Below the pieces are notes generated by a model, which saw only the letters and a list, made by a program, of their open reading frames with translations, had not been told where the DNA came from and did no database searches. DNA of 64,000 nucleotides, taken from contig JANOAV010000101.1 in the NCBI GenBank assembly GCA_031411295.1, positions 1-64,000 on the forward strand, given 5' to 3'. Position 1 is the stretch's first letter; every line of letters starts with the position of its first letter. Positions 11,007 through 20,935 of the stretch are shown piece by piece. Both the position numbers and the translations under genes were made by a program. This stretch comes from Verrucomicrobiales bacterium (lineage in GTDB: Bacteria; Verrucomicrobiota; Verrucomicrobiia; Verrucomicrobiales; V1-33).

Positions 11007-12470
11007 ATGAAAAGTTACTATTGTCAGCCCTATGATCGCAGGCGATTTTTGCAGCAAGTTTCCGGTGGCTTTGGAGCCTTGGCGATGGAGGCGTTGACAC
11101 GGGCGAATGCCCGCGCGGAGAGTCATGAGGGGAGGCAAATGTTGATTGATCCCATCAGGCCCTTCGCTCCCCGGCTCAGCAATTTTGCTCCCAAGGCGAA
11201 GTCGGTGATTTTTCTGCACATGGTCGGGGGGCCGTCCCAATTAGATACCTTCGACTATAAACCACTCCTTAAAGAATTGGACGGACAACCGGTGCCAAAA
11301 TCCTTCCGGCGTGCAGTCGAAGCTTCGAAATTTCACAATATCTTCACCGATTGCAAGGATCTGATGGCCAGCCCTTTTGCATTCAAGCAATACGGGCAGA
11401 CCGGGAAATGGGTGTCCGAGCTGTTCCCCAAAGTAGCGGAACACGTTGACGATTTGTGTTTCATTCATTCCATGCAGGCGGACAGCAACAACCACGCTCC
11501 CGCCTGCTACCAACTGCATACGGGGGAGACGGTGGTGGGTAAGGCCAGCATTGGTTCCTGGGTGACCTATGGTTTAGGCACGCTGAATGAAAGCCTGCCC
11601 GGTTATGTGGTGTTATTTGAAGCTGGTCCCTATGGTGGCCCAGGGAATTACGGCAATGGCGTGTTGCCGCCAGCCTTCCAACCGACCCGGCTTAAATCCC
11701 AAGGCAGTCCAGTGCTGAATCTGACCCCGCCGGAACAACTGGCCGGAGGCCAGAAGGAGGCGATGGAATTCATCAACCGCCTGAACGTCAAGCACCGGAC
11801 GAGCCGTCCCAATGTGGCGGAACTGGACGCCCGCATCGCCAGTTACGAATTGGCTTATCGGATGCAAACGGCGGCCTTGGAGGTAGGGGACGTGGAGTCT
11901 GAATCGCCAGCGATGAAGTCCAGCTATGGACTTGATCACGAGGATCAGGAATTGGTGAAGTTTGGTCGCAAATGTTTGCTGGCCCGTCGTTTGGTAGAGC
12001 GCGGGGTTCGTTTCGTGCAGGTGTATTCGATGTATGACAAGGACGGCTGGGATGCCCACACGGGCCTGCCCGAGAATCATCAACGCCTCGCCCGGCAGTC
12101 GGACCAACCGGTGGCTGCGCTCCTGGCGGACTTAAAGCAACGCGGCCTCTTGGATGAAACGCTGGTGGTCTGGGCGGGAGAATTTGGTCGCACGCCAATG
12201 ATGCAACTTGAGCATGGCCGCCAACATAATGCGGCCGGCTTTACGGTCTGGATGGCTGGCGGTGGGGTCATGCCGGGGAGCATTGGGGCCACCGATGAGA
12301 TCGGGATTATGGCGACCGAACAACCCTACGGCTTCAAGGATCTCCACGCCACCATTTTGGCTGCGCTCGGGTTGGATAACGAATTGCTCTCCTTCCAAAA
12401 CGGGGCGCGCGATGAACGGCTGACGGGCATCCTCGGCAACGCCAGTGTGATTCCGGGCGTGCTGGGCTAG
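11007..12470 (+). CDS. DUF1501 protein
   Basis: RRRFL Tat motif, APKAKSVIFLHM.GGPSQ, GWDAH, GEFGRTP; ATG 11007 chosen. Confidence 0.92.
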   Translation: MKSYYCQPYDRRRFLQQVSGGFGALAMEALTRANARAESHEGRQMLIDPIRPFAPRLSNFAPKAKSVIFLHMVGGPSQLDTFDYKPLLKELDGQPVPKSFRRAVEASKFHNIFTDCKDLMASPFAFKQYGQTGKWVSELFPKVAEHVDDLCFIHSMQADSNNHAPACYQLHTGETVVGKASIGSWVTYGLGTLNESLPGYVVLFEAGPYGGPGNYGNGVLPPAFQPTRLKSQGSPVLNLTPPEQLAGGQKEAMEFINRLNVKHRTSRPNVAELDARIASYELAYRMQTAALEVGDVESESPAMKSSYGLDHEDQELVKFGRKCLLARRLVERGVRFVQVYSMYDKDGWDAHTGLPENHQRLARQSDQPVAALLADLKQRGLLDETLVVWAGEFGRTPMMQLEHGRQHNAAGFTVWMAGGGVMPGSIGATDEIGIMATEQPYGFKDLHATILAALGLDNELLSFQNGARDERLTGILGNASVIPGVLG

Positions 12471-12504
12471 CAGGGCGGTGTCAGTTCCAGCAATGGAAAT
12501 GTCC

Positions 12505-13266
12505 TCACTCCCCGCCGGTGGCTTCTTGACGGATCATCGGGGGCTTGATGCGGCCACAGATCCGATCCCAGAGGTAGGTGGTGGAAATTTTACAACAGGC
12601 GATCCCGTAATGCAGTGCCCGCTTGAAGCTGATGCTGGAGGAGTCGTCATCGTAGGAGGTAGGGCAACTGACTTCGCACGTGGCAAAGCCTGCCCGCAGC
12701 GCGCCCAAAAGCATTTCGTTATCGAAGAGGAACGTATTGGAGAAGGTGTGGAACGGCACCGTTTCCAGGAGCTTCCGCGTGTAAGCGCGATAGCCGGTGT
12801 GGAATTCGGTGTGTTTCGTGCGCAGGCAGTAGTCCATGTAGTGAGTAATCACGCGGTTCGGCAGCAGTCTCCAAAATGGCATGGCCACGCGATTGTCCCG
12901 TCGGCCGTTCAGTCGGGTGCCTAGACAGAGATCGTAGAAACCGGTGTTGAGCATGGCCGCCATGGGCAAGGTCAGTTTCGGGGTGTATTGGTAATCCGGG
13001 TGCAGTTGAATAATGATGTCCGCCCCGGAATCCAACGCCAATTGGAGGCAGCGCTTCACGTTCCCGCCATACATGAGATTTTTTTCATTGCGATAAGTCG
13101 CGATGCCTAATCCTTCGCTAATTGCCACGGTGTCATCCTTGGAGCAGTCGTCCACCAAGATCACCGTATCGATGAAGTCACGCGGAATGTCTGCCATGGT
13201 TTTGCCGACGGTTTTGGCCGCAAAATAAGCGGGCATGGTGACGGCGATCTTTTTTCCTTGAATCAT
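12505..13266 (-). CDS. Glycosyltransferase family 2 (DPM1-like polyprenol-phosphate glycosyltransferase)
   Basis: MPAY, LVDDCSKDDT, YGGN, HPDYQY, TGYRAY; start placed at MIQGKK. Confidence 0.88.
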   Translation of the reverse strand: MIQGKKIAVTMPAYFAAKTVGKTMADIPRDFIDTVILVDDCSKDDTVAISEGLGIATYRNEKNLMYGGNVKRCLQLALDSGADIIIQLHPDYQYTPKLTLPMAAMLNTGFYDLCLGTRLNGRRDNRVAMPFWRLLPNRVITHYMDYCLRTKHTEFHTGYRAYTRKLLETVPFHTFSNTFLFDNEMLLGALRAGFATCEVSCPTSYDDDSSSISFKRALHYGIACCKISTTYLWDRICGRIKPPMIRQEATGGE

Positions 13267-13575
13267 AACTGGGTAAGAAGGGGGCGGCTTCCTCGCTTCC
13301 CTCAATTTCAAGGGTAACGTGACGCGGCTGTGTTCCATCTTTCTTGGCGAGCGTAGGCTGAATGTCAACATCCCAATGCTCGGGATACCGCTCTGTTGAA
13401 AAGAGTAGGGGTGATTGTTCCAAGGAATTGCATCCAGATGAAGATTATCGTTATGAAATCACCGTGGAAGTAACCGACGAAAACCGCCGCACCAGCGTGG
13501 GAAACGGGTAGATCGTGGCGCGGAAACCCGTTTAGGAAAAAGGGAACGGAGACACGTCTATTTTCCTCAAAGAAA

Positions 13576-14337
13576 CTAGCCGCAGCGGACTGGCCTTCTT
13601 CGCAGCAGGTAAAAAAGGCTCAGCCCCGCCGTGACTAACAAAGGCGAAGGCTCGGGGATGGCGAGAGTGTAGGTGAATGGCACTGAATATGATCTCAATG
13701 GATCAAAAATCTCGAGTGTAAAAGTTCTGTATGGAAACACCGGACTGCCATCGGAGGCGAACGTGGCGTTCAGCGGAATCGAAAATTCCCGGCCTTGTGC
13801 GACATTATGTCCTGTCACGGAACTGATGGTGTCTCCATTAATCAGCGTGCCGAATCCATTGGGCACATTACGATAGTCATAGGCCGAGTCGTGGACCCAA
13901 AGTGCCTCGAAGCCGGTATCACTTTCCCCTGTGAAACTATTGGCGTCATTGTCCAAAAACGTGACAATATCGTAGCCGTCAGCTTGGTTGTAGTAGCTCA
14001 GGTAAATGTAAAGAAATGCCGTATCGTTACCGACAAGGACAGAAGTTATATGGGCACTACCTGCGTTTACCGGTAAACCGGCTATTGTTACTGATGGGGA
14101 GATGGAAGCCCACTCACTGAAATCTCCGTCAATGATTGATGTCAGGAAAGTCCCGGAAGCTGCGGGTAATGCAGGTGCGTTGGTTACATTGGACATCTGT
14201 GCCAAAATTTCCGCTACTCTGGATTCAGGAATTTGGGAAGCAATGAGGCGCGTCTCCAAGCTTGGGTCAGCGCACAATGCGAGACTGGCTGTAGCTGGCA
14301 ATAACGCGCAGCAAAAGGTGAAGGGGGTGAGTTTCAT
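13576..14337 (-). CDS. PEP-CTERM sorting domain protein
   Basis: N-terminal signal peptide; C-terminal IPEPS + hydrophobic segment + RRR; IDGDFSEW sugar-binding-like motif. Confidence 0.85.
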   Translation of the reverse strand: MKLTPFTFCCALLPATASLALCADPSLETRLIASQIPESRVAEILAQMSNVTNAPALPAASGTFLTSIIDGDFSEWASISPSVTIAGLPVNAGSAHITSVLVGNDTAFLYIYLSYYNQADGYDIVTFLDNDANSFTGESDTGFEALWVHDSAYDYRNVPNGFGTLINGDTISSVTGHNVAQGREFSIPLNATFASDGSPVFPYRTFTLEIFDPLRSYSVPFTYTLAIPEPSPLLVTAGLSLFYLLRRRPVRCG

Positions 14338-14523
14338 GGATTTGGCGATAAGAGGTGTCGTTGTTGGAAGATATTTGCTAGTTCCAAGCGACTGAAGCGG
14401 CTGCTGAGATCCGGGCCTTTATTTCCTTGAGCAGACCTAACGGGAATTGTTTCATAAAAATGATTTCCATCACGATTCTAAATCCGTGCAGCCACGCCTT
14501 CGACTACCTCCAGAAGAAAGTCT

Positions 14524-15701
14524 TCAGGCGGATGCTTGGAGGCGGACGTGATCCCAAGCCTGCTTCGCGAGGGAATCGGGGAGATCCACATCGCTGAGGC
14601 GGATGGTCTGGCCCGGGGCGATGGAATGGCGCAAGATGGCGCCATCAAGCAGTCCGATTGGTGGGGTGTTGGGTTCCTCCGCAATCCGCACAGCTTCGCC
14701 TCGCACGTCCCAGCCGCCGATGGGATTTTCAAGCCGGGTGCCTGCAGCGAGATCTCGTTTGGCCACGGCCACCCCTTGCAGCGTGGGGATGGCTCCATTA
14801 TTCAGCAACGCGCCGTCTCCACGCAGCACTCGGCGGATGGTGCGGGGAATTTCGAAATGACAAAGATGATAGGGACGGAGCAGCGTGTAGTAGGGGCCGT
14901 CGCCTAGTTTTAAATACCGCAGCACCTCGGGGCGGGCGCTGGGGTGGTCGCCTACGACGAAGACGCCGGCAGGCAGGGTGGGATTGAGCACCCAGTCGGC
15001 AATGGGGCCGCCGTATTCCCTGGCCTTGGCTCCCAGGGCATGGCCAGATTCCAGGAGTGGAAGATCTTTCAGTCCGGTCATGCCGCGCTGGGCGAGGCCA
15101 GCGCCCATGCCGTTGCCGATGAGGACTTGTTCCAGTTGGAGCTTGGTGCCATCGGTAAAACTGGTCACCGCGGCCAGGCTATGCCATTGCGGTGCGACCA
15201 GTAGCGCATGTCTTCCTCCGTGGGAGTGTGATTCAGAAAGCCTTTGATGTTACCATAGACGAGCGGGCGGAAACCCATGCTAACGGCCTCCTCGTGCAGG
15301 GCGGCCAGACAGCCAGGTTGATCTCCCTCGGCCTCGGTCAGCATTCCCTGGGTGGCGAAGTAGGAACCAGCGGTGACGTGAAATTCCGTGCCCATGGTGA
15401 CGACGGGCAGGCCTTTCTGAAAGGCGCGGGCCACCACTTCACAGGCGCGATGGATGTCTCCGCTGCATTCCACGATCAGATCGCATGAGTCCACGAGATC
15501 ATCGACCTCCCGCGTTAGCAGTGAGGGATCGATGTGGGCGATGGTTTCGAAGGGCCGATGCGTGAGGACTTTCCGGAGGATTAAATCAGGGGTCCCGCCA
15601 AGCAGGGAGGCGAGCCCCGAGGCGATAAAGCCCGTGCCAACGATGCCGACCCGAGTGTGGCTGATGTCGTGAGTGGCCTGGTATGGAGGGCTGCTCGTCA
15701 C
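14524..15701 (-). pseudogene. Homoserine-dehydrogenase-like NAD(P)-dependent oxidoreductase with C-terminal SAF domain, frameshifted near 15181
   Basis: N-terminal part (VGIVGTG, GDQPG, GNIKGFLN) and C-terminal part (TSFTDGTK, RPYHLCH, SAF) are in different frames; one added base in ggc-at-agc restores GISLAAVTSFTDGTK; GTG start at 15701 after AGGAGG; may be a sequencing error. Confidence 0.8.
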
Positions 15702-15706
15702 AATAA

Positions 15707-17002
15707 TTAAAGTTCCTCCTGGGCTTTCAGCAGACGGTGGAACTTGGTGTCGGGGAGGGTGACGTCGCTCCAGCGGATGGGTTCGTCTTGCTTTTTGGCA
15801 ACATTCAGCACCGCGTGCTTGCCTTCCTGATGTTCGAACCAATAGATCGGAACATGGTGATCTGCTGAGGCCACGGCCGTGGCGTTGACCATGCCGTAAA
15901 ACTCGTCGCCTCCGATGGCGTGGCCGATGACGGTGCCAGCGGCCAAGTCGGTCTTGGCGTAGGCGTAAACGTCGTTGCGCATTTTACGGGTGGATGGCGG
16001 GATGACTGGTCTGGCATCGAAATAGGCCTGCGCAATGGCGCGAGGAGTTTCGAGGTGGCAGAGGTGGTAGGGGCGGAAGAACAAGTAATAGGGGCGCTTG
16101 TGAGTGACCTTGTAATAATCCAGGAGGAAATGTTGGTCGTCATCATGGCTTTCCCCAACGATGTAAACGCCACCACCGGGCCAGGGAACTCCCACGGTGT
16201 AATCGACCCGGCCTTGCCCTTGATAGGAGTCAAAATCGAAATTGGTCAGCACTTCCCGGATATCGGTGCAGCGTGGGCCTTCCATGCCTGGCTTGATCGG
16301 CGTGAGTCCCAGATAGTTGCCGATCAGCGCCTGCTCAATGTTCATTTTAGTGCCATCCGTGTAACTGACCGTCTGCACCAGGCTGAGCTTTTGCTTGTCC
16401 GCCCACTCTTTGGAACTGGCAGCATTGCCCCGGATGTTGAGGAAGCCTTTCATGTTCCCTGCTTGGACGATCTTGAAGCCCCAGAGCCTAATTTCATCCG
16501 CCATGGTGGCCAGCACGCCATGCTGGTCCCCTGCATCGGAAGTCACCACGACTCCCTGCGGTTGGGCCAGATGGGCCAGGGTGCGGCCGAAGACGAGATC
16601 CACTTCGGCATTCATCAGGACGACATGGGCCTTCTGTGCGATGGCGGCTTCGCAGTAAAGGTAGGCTTCGTAAATGGCATTGGAACATTCCACCAACGCG
16701 TCAAGTTGCGCCTGGCGCAGGACCTCGAGGATAAATTCCGTCGGTCCGACGACGACGTAAGTCTCCTCGAAGGGCACCCGGGAGGGCAATTTGCTGGAGT
16801 CAGTCACGGTGATGGCGCGCTTGCCCGTGGCCCGAATCGCCCGTTCTGCCGCTGCCGCATCGATATCGGCCACGAACACCACGTCCATAGCCGGGGTGCG
16901 TGCCGTTTGCCGGGCTACGCCCAGGCCCATGGCACCACAACCGATGACCCCGACGCCAATGCGCCCGCCTTCGTTCTGCAATTTGTTTAGTTTATGGATC
17001 AA
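15707..17002 (-). CDS. Homoserine-dehydrogenase-like NAD(P)-dependent oxidoreductase with SAF domain
   Basis: VGVIGCGAMG Rossmann motif, NAEVD, GDQHG, DGTK, RPYHLCHLE, AKTDL.AG SAF domain. Confidence 0.88.
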   Translation of the reverse strand: MIHKLNKLQNEGGRIGVGVIGCGAMGLGVARQTARTPAMDVVFVADIDAAAAERAIRATGKRAITVTDSSKLPSRVPFEETYVVVGPTEFILEVLRQAQLDALVECSNAIYEAYLYCEAAIAQKAHVVLMNAEVDLVFGRTLAHLAQPQGVVVTSDAGDQHGVLATMADEIRLWGFKIVQAGNMKGFLNIRGNAASSKEWADKQKLSLVQTVSYTDGTKMNIEQALIGNYLGLTPIKPGMEGPRCTDIREVLTNFDFDSYQGQGRVDYTVGVPWPGGGVYIVGESHDDDQHFLLDYYKVTHKRPYYLFFRPYHLCHLETPRAIAQAYFDARPVIPPSTRKMRNDVYAYAKTDLAAGTVIGHAIGGDEFYGMVNATAVASADHHVPIYWFEHQEGKHAVLNVAKKQDEPIRWSDVTLPDTKFHRLLKAQEEL

Positions 17003-17195
17003 AATGATTAATGGTTGGTGTTTAATGAATCTGACACTTGCCGAGCGCAGACGATGTCGGGGGATGGGCCTGGCGCAAGCGGGAAATGGTGTTAGGATTC
17101 GGAGCGATGGACGATCGGCAAAGTGGTGCTTTCAGTTAGCGTAGGGCCATGAAATATTTATGACAAGGATTCGTGGCGGTTGGCCTGCTGGAGGG

Positions 17196-17343
17196 CATGC
17201 TGCGTGGATCCAGCTTGGCGTGGTGCTGGTCTCGTTACCTCGCCCTCCACAGTGTTAAGAACGTGGAGGGCGACGTTAGGACCAGGGACATGCTGAGTGG
17301 GGCCAGCTTGGGGTGGTGCTGGTCTCGTTACCTCGCCCTCCAC
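17196..17343. repeat. GTGGAGGGCG-family REP cluster: complete doublet at 17263-17343 plus a 55-bp direct duplication (17196-17250 / 17289-17343)
   Basis: tggtgctggtctcgttacctcgccctccac occurs twice; inverted arm gtggagggcgacgttagg at 17263. Confidence 0.88.
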
Positions 17344-17372
17344 GAGGTTTATTCTTCTAGAGATGACGCGAG

Positions 17373-19262
17373 CTATTGCGGGGCGTATTCATAGACCCAG
17401 CGCGTGCTTTCCAGGTCCGTGCCATAGAGCGGAGGGGATTTTTTGAATAACCCGGCATCGTCCAGCATGGCCAGAATGGCACGTCCGTTATCGTCGAGCA
17501 CGTTGGCCCGGGAAAGATTGACATAGAGTGGCCGCTTTTCTTGGGTTGCTTGCGTCATGAGCTTCTGGAGTGTGGCCGGGCTGTCCAGAAAGACGCATTC
17601 AGAGTCATAACCCTTGTAAAACATGGCAAGAGAGGCCGTAATGGACTCTTTGCCGAAATCCGGGTGGGTCGGGTTGATGACCTTGCGAGTTAGCAGAGCG
17701 GCTTCCCGATTCTGCTGCAGTGGGGCTGCATGGAGGTTGCGGTGCTGGGGGAAAAGCGCCACGGCGTAGGCTACGATGCTGGCGGGCAGGAGCAGTTGAT
17801 AGCCCAAAGCAAATCGTTGGGCGAGCGATTGCACTCCAGCGGCCAGGAGGATCAGGATTCCGGGCATCGCGGGGACCCAATACCAAGGCAGGAAGATGCT
17901 CTTTTTAAAGAACAAATGGAGAATGATGAACGAGGGGATAATGACGAAAAGGCAGGCCATCCACCGTGCGGCCAGGGAAGCGCGCCAGAGGCGGCAGAAG
18001 CCCAGGGTTATCAAGCCGATGAGCACCACCAGAAATCCGCCCGCCAGCAGCGGATGCTGAGCCACTTGGGCGGCCCAGGAAAAGAGGTATGGGTTCGACG
18101 GGTCGCCATCGCCCCAACGGGAACCGGTTAACATCATGATGGCGGCGTCTTGGAAATAGATGGGGTGAAATTCTACGAAGGCTGGGTTCTCCCGGATGTA
18201 TTGCGCAATCTGCGGGTAGGCCGGCAGCAGCAATTGTAGCGCGAGCATAGCGGACAGAATGCAGCAAACGGCCCATCTCCCGAGTTGAGTCAGCACGTCG
18301 GCTGTGCCCCGATAAATCGCGACGATGGCACAAAAGACGATGGCGTTACTGGTGAGCAGGACATCGACGGCCAGCGGCCAGGTGTCCACCATCATGACCT
18401 GGGCCAGCGAATACAGCAGCCACCAACGCCAACGACCGGTGCGCAGGCCCGCCAAGGCCGCAGCCAGGGAAAAGGGCACCAACGCCATGATCATGCTGTA
18501 GCCGCGGGCCTCGCCAGTATATTGCGCATGCCAGGGATGCAGCGCCAGAAACACGACCGGCAACCACGACAATTGTTTCAACCCCATTTCCAGGGCCAAC
18601 CACCAGACCGCAAGCAGCGCCCCCAGGCCGAACAGAAAGGCGGGTAAACGCAATAATACTTCGCTGAAATATGGGGCCTCGGGAGCATCGCTCTGCTGGA
18701 AAAAGCTGCCATGCACCCAGCCCGCCAGCGTGCTGTAGAGCATGTGATTGTTGGGGGTCTTGAGCGCGAATTGCCGATACTGTTGCGTCACTGGAGTCAG
18801 CGCCATGTTCCCGTCCGCGCCCCGCTTATACTCGCCCACAGCAAACTTCCGCATCGTGGTGGATTCATCCGCCCACAAACTATGTTTCAGCCGCGGAGTG
18901 ACGGTGATGGCACTGCCAATCACCGCCAGAGCGACAATGGCCAGGGTCAGTCGTCGTTCTTTTTTGGGAGCTACGGGAGCGAAAGACGGGGTGCGCTGCA
19001 TGCTGCGCGTGGCCCATGGTCCCAGCGCCAGCAGGAGCAGGCAGAGCGCGCTGTTGGCATAGAGGGCCTTGGGGCCATACACCGCCACATAACTCTGCAC
19101 ACTGATGTTTTGACCTGTGGCTTGTTTGTCCTTGAGGCGAGGTTCTTCCTTGCCATTGCCCCTCCAAGCTTTGGCGACAAAAAAGCACGCGATGGCCGCC
19201 GCCAAGACGACGGAGGAGTAGATTAGGAGAGCGCGTGGCGGTAATTTCATAAGTGTGCTCAT
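17373..19262 (-). CDS. GT-C fold multi-pass glycosyltransferase (GT39/ArnT/PMT-like)
   Basis: Many TM helices; SLWADE, PNNHMLYS, LRLPA, EARGYS motifs. Confidence 0.8.
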   Translation of the reverse strand: MSTLMKLPPRALLIYSSVVLAAAIACFFVAKAWRGNGKEEPRLKDKQATGQNISVQSYVAVYGPKALYANSALCLLLLALGPWATRSMQRTPSFAPVAPKKERRLTLAIVALAVIGSAITVTPRLKHSLWADESTTMRKFAVGEYKRGADGNMALTPVTQQYRQFALKTPNNHMLYSTLAGWVHGSFFQQSDAPEAPYFSEVLLRLPAFLFGLGALLAVWWLALEMGLKQLSWLPVVFLALHPWHAQYTGEARGYSMIMALVPFSLAAALAGLRTGRWRWWLLYSLAQVMMVDTWPLAVDVLLTSNAIVFCAIVAIYRGTADVLTQLGRWAVCCILSAMLALQLLLPAYPQIAQYIRENPAFVEFHPIYFQDAAIMMLTGSRWGDGDPSNPYLFSWAAQVAQHPLLAGGFLVVLIGLITLGFCRLWRASLAARWMACLFVIIPSFIILHLFFKKSIFLPWYWVPAMPGILILLAAGVQSLAQRFALGYQLLLPASIVAYAVALFPQHRNLHAAPLQQNREAALLTRKVINPTHPDFGKESITASLAMFYKGYDSECVFLDSPATLQKLMTQATQEKRPLYVNLSRANVLDDNGRAILAMLDDAGLFKKSPPLYGTDLESTRWVYEYAPQ

Positions 19263-19371
19263 CCTAGAAAGGATTCTCCGATGGTCAAGTTGCCATGGAT
19301 GACAACAACATTAAGGGACCTCTGCACCGCACGTTGACAGCAGCCCTGCTCTGCGGCTATGGGTGCATTCT

Positions 19372-19944
19372 ATGATTCGATTCCTGCTAGCCCTGCTGTC
19401 ATTTTCGTTCCTCTCTTCCTGTGCTTCGGATGGTCAGTTTGAGGAGGAGAGTTCCTCCCCGGAGACCCATCACGTCCGTGGACTGGGTTCGCACAACGTC
19501 AAGGTCGGGGACTTCAAAGACGCGCGGGGCCTGCCGCCGAATTTCCTCGGGCAAATCAAATCGGCTGATCCTGCGGCCGAGAAACAAAAGATCGAGACCA
19601 GCCAACCAGTGGCGGATATTGTCGGGCTGAGTTTCCAAAGCGGACTCAAGGTGCGGGACATGCAAGCCGACCAGAAGGAAGCAGCGTGGACTGTCTCCGG
19701 GGAGATTCAGGAGTTTAGCTGCAACCAGATCGTCCGTGCTGGCGCTTCCGTGGACATTCGCGTGCGGTTGTTCAAGGCCGGTGGAACCGCTCCGTTGTTT
19801 AACAAATCCTTTACCTCAGAAAAAACCTCCGCCGCCGTCAGGGGTAATGAAGCGATCAAATCGCTGGCTGCGGCGGCGCTGGAGGAAGTGGTCAATCGCG
19901 CGCTGGACGATCCGGAATTGCGTCAGGTCATCCAAGAGCGCTAG
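19372..19944 (+). CDS. Lipoprotein, YajG-like
   Basis: Lipobox LSSC; VKVGDFKDAR, VSGEIQEFSC, C-terminal amphipathic helix. Confidence 0.6.
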   Translation: MIRFLLALLSFSFLSSCASDGQFEEESSSPETHHVRGLGSHNVKVGDFKDARGLPPNFLGQIKSADPAAEKQKIETSQPVADIVGLSFQSGLKVRDMQADQKEAAWTVSGEIQEFSCNQIVRAGASVDIRVRLFKAGGTAPLFNKSFTSEKTSAAVRGNEAIKSLAAAALEEVVNRALDDPELRQVIQER

Positions 19945-19963
19945 AATTTTACTTTCGTCACTC

Positions 19964-20617
19964 ATGTCGCCCTCCTCCGTCATCGCGAATCGCTATTCCT
20001 CAACTTGGAACTATTGCTACGCGCATAGTAAAATGCTGCTGGATCCGGCTTACCCTGCCGTGTCACAAATCTTGCAGGGCAAGACTTATCCTTTGTTGGA
20101 CTTGGGCTGTGGCTTGGGTTTGCTGGCCTTCTGGCTGCGGGAACATGGGTTTGCTGCGCCCATTCATGGGTGTGATGTGGATGCGGACAAAATTGCCACG
20201 GCTCAAGGGATCGCCCATCGCCACTATGCTGAAATGAAGTTTGAAGCGGCTGATGCCGCCGCCGAGATGCCGGAACATGCGGGGCATGTTTGCATTCTGG
20301 ACATGCTGCAATACCTCACGGAGGAACAGCAAGTCTCCATGCTGCGCCAGGCGGCGGCCCGCGTGCCGGTCGGAGCGCATTTACTGATTCGAACAGGATT
20401 GAAAGCAGATCATTGGCGCTATCGGTGGGGACGCTCCATGGATCACTTTGCGCGCAAAATCGGCTGGATCAGCAGTCCCCTGGTGCACTATCCCACCGCC
20501 GAAGAAATCCAGGCCGTTTTGCGGGAAGTTGGGATGGAGGGGGAACTAAAGCCGCTCTGGGGGCGCACCCCATTTCACAATTATCTGGGAAATTTCACCC
20601 GCCGCACTGAGGCCTAA
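19964..20617 (+). CDS. Class I SAM-dependent methyltransferase
   Basis: LLDLGCGLG motif I, GCDVD, LDMLQY. Confidence 0.88.
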   Translation: MSPSSVIANRYSSTWNYCYAHSKMLLDPAYPAVSQILQGKTYPLLDLGCGLGLLAFWLREHGFAAPIHGCDVDADKIATAQGIAHRHYAEMKFEAADAAAEMPEHAGHVCILDMLQYLTEEQQVSMLRQAAARVPVGAHLLIRTGLKADHWRYRWGRSMDHFARKIGWISSPLVHYPTAEEIQAVLREVGMEGELKPLWGRTPFHNYLGNFTRRTEA

Positions 20618-20625
20618 TTAATACT

Positions 20626-20934
20626 ATGGATCTGATCATGAAAGCAATCGAAGCCAAGCTGGCCTCCGCAGGGATGGACTGGCTGAAGCTCCAATCACTA
20701 CAACTCCGTCCCAAGGAGAAGCGGCTCACCGCTGAACTCTTACTCGAAGGGGAGTCCGCCCCGGTGGCCGTGGAGCTGACCTATGCGGTCGAGGGAGATT
20801 TCCTCAAAGTGGTGTCACTCGAAACTTCCAAAAAATGGCTCACCGAAGTCGCCTCCTTGGCGCTCGCAAAAACCGCCGGACAGATTGAATTGCCCGGGGG
20901 ATTGAAAGGGCGGCTTGTTAAATTTTTTCTCTAG
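20626..20934 (+). CDS. Hypothetical protein
   Basis: 102-aa ORF tightly packed in the operon, with protein-like composition. Confidence 0.75.
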   Translation: MDLIMKAIEAKLASAGMDWLKLQSLQLRPKEKRLTAELLLEGESAPVAVELTYAVEGDFLKVVSLETSKKWLTEVASLALAKTAGQIELPGGLKGRLVKFFL

Positions 20935-20935
20935 C

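Noticed and set aside
15165..15190. Programmed ribosomal frameshift
   Set aside because: There is no slippery heptamer or homopolymer; a simple 1-bp deletion explains it.
17158..17394. Small ORFs with a repeated EGEVTRPAP peptide
   Set aside because: They are translations of the REP cluster.
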